DNA of 64,000 bases from Marsupella aquatica (lineage: Eukaryota > Plantae > Marchantiophyta), in NCBI GenBank assembly GCA_973895155.1, contig OZ316892.1:24437971-24501970 (forward strand), read 5' to 3'. Position numbers and translations under genes: made by a program. Shown piece after piece: positions 52,494-64,000 of this stretch (positions within the stretch are counted from its first letter, which is position 1; each line of letters starts with the position of its first letter). The notes under the pieces were generated by a model, which saw nothing but the letters and a program-made list of their open reading frames with translations, was not told the origin of the DNA and searched no databases.

Positions 52494-55368
52494 ATGCCCA
52501 TATACGCCCACATTGAGAGTGATTCTGAGGCAGCCGATCTAGAGCTTGGTATCGGTGGAGGACCTCAGCAGAGAAGATCAAGACGGAAAAGTCTACTCTC
52601 TACTAGACTCAATAGCTGGGGAAGGAGAATGTTTCGGTCAATGACCCGGCAGCTGCAAACGCACCATAACCACCGTCCTCTATTCATCCTGGTTGCGTCG
52701 GTCGCTTTCCTTTTGCTCTGCATCATCTTCCTCTTTGGGCGGATGCGCGATGATGGTGATGTCTCGGCTGGGATCAAAAGACATCGGTCAGAGGTGGCAG
52801 TGTCTCACAATCTTTACTCACATCTTCATAATTTGGTAATGGTTGCCGGACACGCTATTTACACAAGTGGGGGGGCAGGCTGTGGGGAAGTGGAAGGGGA
52901 GGACTCGTGGTATTTAGAATCGTACCAGAAGCATGAAGGTCAAGCTTCCACTTTTGTACAGCACATCAACATTGGCGTGCAGGTAGCTGCAGAGGATGAA
53001 AATTCTCTCCTTTTGTTTAGCGGGGGAGAGACTCGTAAGCAGGCTGGCCCGAGGAGCGAGGCCCAGAGTTACTGGAGCGTTGCCGAATCCAAGGATTGGT
53101 TTGGTATGTTTCGCGGAACTCTCCGACTCAATGGGGCAATGCTTCCTGTTTAGGTAATGAATGCGCGTTTGGCTAGAGTTCTATTCTCAACTTAATTAGG
53201 TGTATAGATGATCTGGTAATTGCTTCGATACATTCACTAGGCAAGTTATCATCCTTCAATGCCAGCGTTTCAGTGTAGACTCAAATCAGGCCAGCTAAAT
53301 TCTTAGTGCGAGGAAATCGATGAACTCATCGGATGACTAGCATTTGCTGGTTAGCGTGGCCTATTTGGCGTGTTACACGGAATTGGGCCAGATGATAGCC
53401 AAAGATACTGTCAGGTGATTCAGAGGATAGATGGTCTCGTACTGAAAACCTCATAGTGAAAGCCTGGCTCAAGATTTTGGAAGATAGATGGGAATAATTA
53501 CGTAGACAAGTCGGGTGGATTTCGGTGATGAACTTCCAGCAATGACACTCGGATTACAATTCAATGAACAACTTCTAATCCCTTTCCTCCGGGGGTCTTT
53601 TGGGACGTAGCATGAGATTTCCTTATTCTGTGAGACTGGGCCTGAATAACGCTTACGTTTACTTGACAACCGAAATTTAGCGAGGTTTTATTCAAATAGT
53701 TTAGCTCATAAGGTCCTCAGGCACCGCAGTCGTAGTTCTGGCAAATTTCCTTCATCTACCGACGGAAATCATTGACTTATCCATTCCTAGTTGATCATCA
53801 AAACTTTTTCTATCATAGGTCCAGAATAACGTGGGTTTAGTCCGAGCAGTTCTCTCAACTAATACAGAATTTGAAAACACTGCCGACTATTGCCGTGCAT
53901 ATTGCTCAGTCCTGAAATTAGAAGATTTGCCAACCCTCTCTGTGAATGTACATGTATTCACTTCATACCTATAATTCATCTAGGTCTCAGGATGCTGGAA
54001 CCGGTGGTGAACTCTGCACAGCGACTTGACTCTTTCCTCTCAGTTCCCATGAGACGCAGCAGAATAAGTTCAGACTTTAGTTTCATTATCATTTGGTGCT
54101 CCTAAATACTAATTACATTTATGAAGCTGATATGCAACACCCTGGTCGTAATTACCATTTTCTAATCACCCATAGTGTTTACGGGGGCAGTTCCGATTGG
54201 CACCGCGTACTTACAGTTTCAACAATCTGGTTATAAGAAAGTATACGCATGCAGTTTGATTTGCAGCCACTGAACGCTTCACATGAGGACTTCTAGACAT
54301 GAATTGGATCTGTTGCAAACCAGTGAGCCAACAGACACAATAGTATTAGAGATGTGTTGGATAGTATATTGTACCTCTTGTCTTTCGTCAGAGACCATGA
54401 TCTTGACTGGCAGTCAGTCTCCAATACTCTGGTCCGCTAACACTCCTCAAATTATAAGTCAGTTCATTCATTTCTAGTCCCACAGCCTAACTTTGCTTCT
54501 AGATAACCCTAGTCCTAGTTCCCCATGGTGGCTAGTGAACATCGAAAGTCAGCTTGTTCATTTGCAACCTCTTCTGATTTGCGCCTTCAATGTATTGAGG
54601 CTAATTCTGGTTCATTCTGTTTCACCCATTTTACAGGCAAACGTAAGCAGGTCAGCGAAAGAGCATTGACAGAAGAGCATGCCAGGGACAGTTTTGAAAA
54701 CCTTCTGTTTAGCATATGTCGATTTAAAGAGCTTACTGGGGCATACCCCTTGAATATTACGGTATGTTCGATCTTATTGCTTACAAAACAGAATTTGGCA
54801 CGTTTTGCTCTGCTGCGTTGTTCTGAGTCTCCTGTAATCTCATTAAGCTTGCGTTCCATAAATGTGCTTCGACTATCGAAAAATTTAGGTCAGTAGACTG
54901 ACGTCGTGAATATGATAAGAAGAGTCCCAATTGAGCACATCTGAGCAAATAAGAGTACGCAGTTGAGATGGTTTTCACTGTCTAGTTGAAAGAGATCTTT
55001 AGGTGCTCTTGCTGCTCTGATACTGAAGGCCTTTTATGGATATGCAGGTCGTAAGCTATGATTTTAAGAAGTTTCGTTTTGCAAATCTTCATCGAGCTGC
55101 TCTCCACTTTCCTGCATCGCGATTTGCATACAGAGGAACTTCTTCGGCACCATCTTCAATTTTGGCAGCCCAGGAAGCTGAGTTGCGTGTGCAGGAGTCA
55201 TTCGAGAGAGATCCGTACGGATGTGAAGAACCTTTGCGAGAAAAGCGATTAAAACGTGACCCATTTTTACGAACAATTCCATACCCAGCTGGTTGCCCAG
55301 AGATTAGTGGTCTCTTTTCCTACTGTGGAACAGAGTTATATTCCAAGAGATTACCGTGGGATGAATAG
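52494..55368 (+). CDS. Conserved uncharacterised membrane-anchored protein, DUF218-related Rossmann-like fold (S. pombe C57A10.07-like), 3 exons, ~351 aa
   Basis: Exons 52494-53103, 54637-54761, 55048-55368, in phase. TM segment LFILVASVAFLLLCIIFLF. Motifs: NLVMVAGHAIY, WYLESYQ, LLLFSGGETRKQAGPRSEAQSYW, TEEHARDSFENLLFSICRFKELTGAYP, VVSYDFKKFRF, DPYGC and RDPF. Confidence 0.88.
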
Positions 55369-57930
55369 AGAATACAGTGTGGTACAACTAATTCTTTAAG
55401 CCTCCTCTTTAAAACGGCCTGCAAATTTATGATACCGGACTTTTGGGTTTTGTCAATCGATCAGTTTGGCTAATGATGTAGAAATGAGCTAGGTAGGTAC
55501 TTATCCATCTCTACCAGACTTCCTCGGCATCATTCATGATGGCACAATGGCATGATCCAAGGCAAGGATTCCAGAGCTATGAGTTCATACTCATTCTCTA
55601 AACAAGTGGCAGAAATGTTAAAATTTTGGGGGTGTTGAAGTTCCTTACCATTGCATTGAAATTGAAGGCATTGCCAGGACAAGGTCCGATCCCTGTTCAC
55701 GTGCCTGTCTCAAAACTCTTGAACCACTCTGGAAGCTTTAGGGTCCAGAATTTTTGTTGCTAACGCTCCTTTCTACAGTATGTCAGATAGAATGCATCTA
55801 GTCATCTGCGAGAAATTGAGTTGTTGATCGTGAATTTAATGACCACGCTAGATTTGCATACATTCATCAAGAATTGGAAAGCTTTTGAAGTTTGTGAGAT
55901 CTAGATTTTGATTTCGTACCCGACAAACTTCTACTGCCTGCGTGGCTTAAGAGATGTCCCAATTCCCATCCGTCTTGAGTCCTGGTACAGTAGTTCTCTA
56001 GGGTCGATAATGAAGTCAGATTTGGAGATGATAACTGTGGAAGCGCGTTACAGTACTAAGTTCACGGTTGAAATGGTTTTGACGTACAGAACATCAAGAC
56101 TGTTGATGTCAAGCAGCGGATGTACTTCCGCAATTATGCACGATCCAAGTTGTTGTTGAACTCAAATTGAGTCAGCGTCAAACGCAGACTTGTCCTCTAG
56201 CACACTCCTACAGTACTATCATCACTATCGTGATCAAGATTGTTACCCTCTTTACCGATAGATGGTCACAACCACTTCGAGCATCCTCATTTGCCAGCAA
56301 TTGTAATACATTAGATTTAACGTAGTATTTTGTAAATACACTGCCAACTGCGAAGACTTATATTCATCCATGTGAGTGTCCAACGGACCCCTGCTATAAC
56401 ATTGACATTCATTGGCATTGACAAAATCTACGAATATATTTCTTTTCCATCCCTTTCTTAATTCTATAGCTATCGGTTTCCAAAATGAAGGTTGTTTTTT
56501 CATGTTACCAAATGAAAAATCAGTGAGAAAACCCAAGCAGTTTGCTGAGAAAGCAGTCCCGTAGAATAAAACCCCAGACGTGTTTGAGGATTCAGATCAC
56601 AACAAAAGGATATTCAACTTAGGCAAAATGAATGCAGTTTCCTTATTGGAAGAAATAAAATAGATAAATCAAACTCACCTGGTTCCATCTAACATGGCTA
56701 TCAGGTATACATATTGGCCCATGATCGCTTGCACCTTCAAATGTTTCCATTCGGATCCAGCAGGGGACCCATGATCACTGTACTTGTGTCTAACTATCTC
56801 CCTAATCACCCACCTCAGTTTGCTACCCCACAAACAAGGGTTGGACCAAAGTACTGCCGATCCCATTCTCAGTGACCTCCAGCTACCTGCTGGAATGCCC
56901 GAGAAGGATAGAGATTGCTGAGCCAGCTGTCTCCTTTCCATTGGCAGTGTTAGAAACGAATTGAAGTGAGTATTCTACGATGCTCAAGACTGTTATAATC
57001 GAATGAAGAACTTTCGTTCTTGTATCAAATTCAGCGACTGAGCTGCTTCACCCAGAAGCTCAGCGTGACGTACAGTAATATCAAGACTATTAATGTCAAG
57101 TAGCCGACGTACTTCCACAGTTATGCCCTCTAGCAGACAACATTCCTGTTGTCAGAAGTAAGAAGGCAACCTGCGGAAAATCCAACGGACCACAAAAAAC
57201 TACTCAATGGACTCAAGTGTAGGTGAGGTTGATTCCGACGAAGGTTAAAGGAGATTATGAAACTGCAAGTCTCCGCCCAAGCCTAGGTTAAAATCTAAGG
57301 GACTTAAATCCCCCTACAAGCTACTTGACAAATCATCCAAACAACAAATTAGGTCATAGACTCTTTCAACCACAAACCTGGAATGAAGCAACTCATCAGC
57401 GCATCCTCCTGGATAGCATCGAGGCTTGCTAATGCTTTCAGGTTCACAGGTACCACTCGCTCCTCGAGCTTAGTCTCAGAAGGATATGTGGGTGAGCTTG
57501 ACCTTTCAGGAATAGTAAAAGCACTAACATCTACGGCAAACGGCTGAGCGGGATCGAACAAGAGTAGCTTCTCTGTAATGTTACAAAGATCCAACTTTTG
57601 AAAGCTTCCTAAACAAAATGAGTCATGCTAGTTACTAGCAGCACAAGTAAGCTCTCAAAAGCTAGATCTCCGACCTGGTACTGAACAAAGAAAATTTACT
57701 GTTCATGGTACCGCTGGAGTAGAGATAATTACAAAACTGTTGAAATCAAGTACCAACGTGCTGCGATTTCATAAGCCCAATCCTTGGGAGTATAACCATG
57801 GGTAAAGGTTCATCTCTGTTGCAGATTGAGAACAGCCCACGAAAGGAACAGCTGCCTTTGTTGTCGGTGTGAACAAAGATGTATTTGAGCTAAGACAAAG
57901 AACTGTAAAAATATCGCAGCCCTTGCTCAA

Positions 57931-60846
57931 TTAAGCCTGAAGAACTTGGCAGTGCACAATGTGACTTTTCGGACGATTTCGACCAGCCAGACTTGACCAG
58001 AGATTTGCAACAAATGTCTTGAACTGTCCTTTCCCTGTGATGGTCTCCCAGAGCTGCGTCTGCCTTAAAGGGTCATCTGCCTTCGCAATATCAACCAACG
58101 TAATGCTCATGTTGTTGCGCACGACACAAAGTTTCCCTCCCAGTGGCAATAAAGCAGCTGCTTCCACTGCTTGTGAATTTCCTATGTGAAGACCACTATC
58201 GACTGAGCGGCCCCATGCATCACTAACTTCATCATATGTCCGCAATCTGCACCCATCTCGGCAATCCAGTGCATACAATTCACCATTTAATGATGTACTA
58301 GGGTTCCTCCATCCTGCCACCATCCCATCAATGATAGGGGACCAGTGGTTGGTGGCTGGCACATATACTTCACTTTGTACCAATCGGTTTGCGGCGAGGC
58401 CCTTTATATACCACCTGCCACCGTAGACCACACCAATGAAAGGCACCATTGTGGTGCTCATATCAGAGATGAAAGACCATTTGCCCTTGTTGGGATCATA
58501 TACCTCCGCGGATCTAAGAGACCGATGAATTCCCTCGCATTCACCACCAGCGACATATAGACAATTATTAATAACACAGCTGCCAAAGCGATGTCGTCTC
58601 CTGAGCATGTCAGGAGCTCGATGCCACTTGTTTGTTCGAGAGCTATAATACACCGCACGTCTCATTGAGCCTTTCATTGGGTCTTTACCTCCAAATAAGT
58701 ACAATTGGCACCCACTAAGAACGGCACACCCAAACCCAAGAGCTTCTCCAAACTCAACAGGAACAGGTGGAAGAGGTTGCCACATCTGATGGCGTGGATC
58801 AAATGCATGCCACGAAACGCGATGGTCTTTATCACGCTTGATGATATAGATCCATTCTTCCGCCATCCCCAGTTGGTTCCGCAAGGAGTAAAAATAATTC
58901 CCTACAAGCAGGCGGTACCACCGCTTGCAAACAACTCGCAGCTTTCTATGAAAAATACGAGGTACTCGTATCAAGCAAGCGATGGCAAGATCATCAGGAA
59001 GACCGGGCAGGAGTTCCGAATGCAATCTGCGGTCCCCTTTCGAAGGTTTGCTCTTAGGAAGAACAATGGCAGTTTTGATGTCGGGACGAACACAATGCCC
59101 AACAGCAGGCACCAATTTCCGGGCTCCTACTGCAAGACCCGTCTCCACCCCGCAATAGCAGGCTGCAGTCTCTACCTGTAAGTCAGGACCACGTTGCAAA
59201 TTCAATTTAGGATTTGAAAAATGAAATTGTAAAGAATTAACATGTTTTCCAGATTTTCCTCATATATCGCCTGGCGCAGTAGTCAAACGGTGTGATTAAA
59301 CACTGCCAGATCGATACCAAAACAAGCTCTCGAGGCTCAGAAACCTTAAAACCCCTAAAACTCCTTGACAAGCTGCTTTGTTAAGCAGATGATACATTGT
59401 GTCGAAGCTTCACGCCAGATCGGTGCTAGAATAGGATGATGAGCTTCCTTCTATGCTTAAATATACGTCATAACGAGGGACTGATGGCTACGTCCTCCCG
59501 TGCATGAGTTTTGTGAGGGTAGAGACTATTAACTCATCGGGGTCTTACAACACCAATCCCATGTCGCAAATACAAATTTCGCACTTTGAATTGGGAAATT
59601 CTTTAACAGCCATGGACCCAACCGACATAGCAAATGCTCACGTTTCTCTCCAGCATCTAAGTAACCAACGGCAGTGCCTTAGGATTACCACTTTTCTAAG
59701 GTCTAGGCCAGCACAAATTGGATCATGCAAACAGTGCAAATTATGTCCAACCTCCAGTTCAGTCGAAAAATTGAACTGAAATGAGGAGAATAGAGCTGAT
59801 GCTGACCTTGCATTTGGAGTTTTCACACAGCTTTCCACCCATATGGCCCCAAGGTAGCTACCAATCGGGCTCGGTTGTGTTTGGGTCAAACTCAGTTCAA
59901 AGGGTAGAAGACAAGATTGGGATGACTTGACTTAAGTGTCGGCTTCACTCCTTCAGGTTCTCGAAACAGAAAGAATCATGTCACTGGCAGTGACAGCTTT
60001 GCAAGAAAACACCCTGCCCCAGCAAACCCAAAAAACAGAAGGAATGATGAGTCAAGAGGGGGACCAAAAGGTAATGGAACAATGGAGCACAACGTCATTT
60101 GGAGTTGTCGGTCCAGCCATAATCCTAATCGAACCAAACGTCCATCGCTTAACAGAGGCCATCAAGCTTGTTCAGTCGATGCAGCCTAATATGTGGGGAG
60201 GACACTCGAAAAAGCATTTCTGGAATATTCTGACGATATTTGCCATACACTCCAGATGACGTTGATCCCTCTTCATCCTTTTTACGTTTCCTTACTTCCC
60301 AATTGAGATCTCTTTCCAAACAGAAACAGAATCTAGAGAACAAGGGAATTGCTCCTTTAACGGATTCCACAACCATGCGATGCAGGGTAGGATTCTCAGA
60401 TATCAGAGGTCCCGAAAGTTAGCTGAACTCAGTGTCATAAATCCCTCAGTCCCATTGGAATTTAGTAACACAGGGCACGGCAGTAGCGAATCAAATACTC
60501 AACGTAAAAAGAAACGTGTATACACTTCTGTTTCCAACACGATTCCCTGATATACGCGACTTATCATTCTAGAGTCGGAACCTAGAACCTACGATGCAAT
60601 CAAAATGCGACACTGAAAATCTTCCACCATCTCACAGGATCTAACCTTCTCGTTAAACCCTCAAGTGTAAAACCCGAAGTTCGCACCCCCGAGCATGGGA
60701 AGAGCTTCCATCCCAGAGAATGAGCTGTCAGACTTAGCAAGCTTTTTGAAATGACGTTGCCGGCGTTATTCGCTGAGAGGTCACTGCTAAGATTGTGGTG
60801 GGAAGGTAAGGGTAAGCACCTGTGCAGGATGAATGCTCCGCTGCAT
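57931..60846 (-). CDS. F-box/Kelch-repeat protein, At1g55270 (SAGL1)-like, ~423 aa
   Basis: Main exon 57931-59175 (acceptor ttacag|GTAGAG) plus a small first coding exon 60820-60846 (MQRSIHPAQ|gtgctt; an in-frame upstream ATG lies at 60870). F-box LLPGLPDDLAIACLIRVP; Kelch repeats (LYLFGG, LYVAGGECEG, AEVYDP..W); family C-terminus KSHIVHCQVLQA. The first-exon choice is an inference. Confidence 0.9.
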
Positions 60847-63800
60847 CGTTGATGCTGTGATGACCTTCATCAAGATGTAGCTCGAAGACGAAGCCTACAG
60901 TTGTTTTTAAGTGTAGGCTTAGGAGGCCGCAGGCATACCCACTGGCAAATCAATCTCTACTCCATTCGTGTGAGCAGGAAAGCCCCAAGACAAATCTCCA
61001 CTTGATTGTGCAGACCGTTCTTTGGCAGTCGAAGAACACACTCCAATTTGGTCCGCATTCTCCTCCAACTCTCTTCAAACTCAAAAACTGAAGAACGCTG
61101 TAAGCTGAGTTTGCAACTCACGTCCCAACCCAGATGGGACTAAATAGGGAGAATTCTGAGCCAGCTCGTTCACAGTCACAATTCTCACATTCTATCCGCA
61201 CAAGAGGATCATCAATGTATCCCTAATTCTGTGAATGCCCGATGAGCTTCCAATTGGCCCCTAGGAATGAGAAAGACACTCCTCAGGAAAGTCCATTGCG
61301 AGCCTTTCCACCCTTTGAAGGATATTCCCTGGGCTGATGCACCCGAACCTTAACCCGCTCCTCTGTCAAACAATGTCCCACCTTTCAAGGACCTGCCGAG
61401 CCGTACTGCAGAAATGCAGTTCAATGTAAAAACCTTGCGCTACTGAGGAAACTGTTCCACACAGAAAAAACATGTCATTAGCCTCGGCAAAGAGGCGTTA
61501 TCGAAAATACTATCGACTTAAAACACATGGCCGAGAAGACAGGGTTCCGTCAAAAACGAGCATTGAGCTAGGAGTGCTCTAGTTTTCAATGACAACGCCC
61601 GTCAGAAACAGGTAGGTCATTCCCCCACCTCTGGTGATAAACCGTTCGTGGTGTTCGAACCTACTGCCAATTTGGCCAGCACGATCCTCGAAAGGATACC
61701 CTGCGGAAGCCTTCTCTCGGGAACGGATGTAGGGCAGCAACAACACACCTAGTAGAAGTTGCAGTCGGTGTTGTTGTTGCTCTTGCCAGGAGAATAGAAT
61801 AGTCAGGAAACAATGCCCAGACTCCAGAGCCATTTCCGGAGTCTGCAGCCATCGCCTAGAGACAAAACTGCTTGCATCTCACTAACCCTCCTCTTCCCCC
61901 TGCTTACCAGCTTGATAACTTGATTACACACTATTCCGTAACTCTTCCCGATCGACTATTTCATCCCCTGCCGGGACGAAGAGAACAAAATCCAGCACAG
62001 AAGTGAGTGCTAACCTTCCGCATTGATTCTCAATCTCCCAACTCAATTATCAACGCTTTTTGCCTCCTCATACTGCGCTCTCATCCGTCTCTCTCCGCAC
62101 CATGAGGAGCGCATCCAAAAGGTGTTCTGATTTGATCAAACCGCACCAACGGCAACTGGCGGCTGTCTGGCCACTGGCGTCAACTATGCCTGCGAGGTCT
62201 GTCTGCAGCATCAGTATCAACACCAGCTGCTACGGGTGCAGCTGCTCATCAACAATACTAGGCCATATGAATAAAATGACCTCGCCGTCCCACTCATGTA
62301 GTATTCCTCTTCCATCTTCCTCCTCTCATTTCCCTCTGCCCCCTCATTCAGTCCCACTCTCTAGGTGCAAGCTACGCACTCACAAGCTTTTCATATGCCC
62401 AGCGCAGTACAGTAGCCTGGACACCTATCTGCAGCTATAACATCCGCCTCTATCTCTCCAACTTGCATAAGTTAACAACGCCTTTGGGTTCTTCTGGACG
62501 TCGATCCATCTGATTATTATTCCCACTCTTCTCGCCTGGGTTGTTCAAATCTCTTTCAGTTCAGGGGATGAAGCTGCTGCAGCTCACTGACTCCTCGATC
62601 CGCGTCCTCAGTGACTCTTTGCTAGTGCAGCGACCTCTCTCCCCTGCTGCTACTTCAGGCTACCACAACCTCATGCCAGCGGATCACTTCTTCAACGTCT
62701 GCACCTCCCTCCTATTTGATCCTCCCTGTAGTGCCTTCTCATTTTAGAAGTCGACTCTAGTCCCTCCTCCACCTCCTCCTCCTCCTCCTCCTGTCTCCTT
62801 CGTGTCCCTTTGCTTTCTCGTCCCTTCGCCAATCGACTGACTGCGAGGACTACTGAACCAACTGGCTCAAACTCCCTTCCACATCACTCTCTCCAGCCCA
62901 GTACGAAGCAGCTCTCAAGCGAGAGTCTGAGAAAGCTCTGCCCTCATTTGGAAGAGGGTTCGTAAAAAGAGCGACGACCGATGTCCCGAAATTGAACTCG
63001 CCCCTCCTCCTTCCGCTCTGCTCAACTCTATTCTATACTCGACTGCTCACTTTCTCGTGCTTTCTACAAAGCTACTAACATGGAGACAGTCAGACCAGAA
63101 GACACAAAAGGGAAGCGAAGGAGGAGGGAGACCAGAATCACCAGAATCACCGGACCAGACACAAGACCGGGCGACAGTGATCAGATCAGGAAAAACAATG
63201 CGGAGAAGAACGACAGAGGATCGAATCCAGAAGAGAAGTGAAGAGAAGAGAAGAGACGACATCGCTTTTGCATTTGAGAACAGAGGACGACGAAAAGTTC
63301 AACGCACAACATTGAAGAGAACAGAGAGTGAGGGCCAGACCAGTGGGGGGCCGGGCGAGGCCAGACCAGATGCCCAAGGCCAGAAGCAAGGCCAACAGGG
63401 GGCCAACGAACAAACAAACTAATAGGCCAAGAGCGTGACAAAGATACGCAGCGGCATACATTTCACCGTCTTTCAACTAATTAACGCACCATCGGCCCCT
63501 ACGCTGGGGCCGGCGCGAGCCTCCACTTTACAGTACTGCACTACTGCTGCGCACAATTAGTCAGCAGGGCCGGGCCCGCCCCTTACAGTACTACCGCCCC
63601 TTACTAGGCCCTCTGTCCCGTGATTGGGACTTGTCTCCGACTTTTACACAGCCAGGGCCGACAATTAGTGAGGGTGTCAACAATTAGTGGGGGTGGCAAA
63701 ACATTGGGTTGTGGGCTGCGGGTCCCAACGGGGGCCATTTGGTAACAATAAATCCTTGTTTTGGTTTAGCGAAGTTGTGAGGAAGTTTGGAGATCTATTA

Positions 63801-64000
63801 GGGGGTATCAAATATTGATCTATTTTGCTCCTCTAGATGATAGGGCCTCTGCCCGGGACGTGACCTATTGATGACTTCAAGATGATTTGAGTTTATTTGT
63901 TTACAGTCTCTCAACAGCCAGGCTGTGGTGGGGGGAACTGACCATAGGGAAAAGAAGAAATTCGAGGACTTGAGTGTGCAGGCAAGGCAGTTTTCACCCA

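Noticed and set aside
58705-59181. 158-aa plus-strand ORF
   Set aside because: Antisense to the F-box/Kelch coding exon, with no independent motif.
59176-59205. ORF-track start 'MNLQRGPDLQ' of the F-box gene
   Set aside because: It starts at TTG and lies in intron sequence ending in a clear branch point and acceptor (ctgacttacag).

Overview
This is a eukaryotic land-plant window with spliceosomal GT-AG introns. An intact epsilon-tubulin gene points to a lineage with flagellated sperm, most likely a bryophyte such as a liverwort (inference). I assembled seven multi-exon genes by hand: (1) a 16-exon epsilon-tubulin on the minus strand, largely invisible in the ORF track; (2) a divergently oriented five-KH-domain RNA-binding protein (HEN4-like); (3) a plastid-type AAED1/PRXL2 peroxiredoxin-like protein with a CPYC motif; (4) a two-exon GC-rich short-chain dehydrogenase that reads as fungal-type, the best horizontal-transfer candidate here; (5) a divergent VDAC porin; (6) a DUF218-like membrane-anchored protein; (7) an At1g55270/SAGL1-like F-box/Kelch gene with a long, uORF-bearing spliced leader. 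There is also a possible 133-aa orphan membrane protein. Intergenic DNA holds three ~350-bp solo LTRs of one family (one with a perfect 5-bp TSD), many local tandem duplications, a shared ~20-bp minisatellite element on both sides of the VDAC gene, and a ~110-nt hairpin. No rRNA, tRNA or CRISPR array was seen. Family assignments come from recalled motifs, not database searches.
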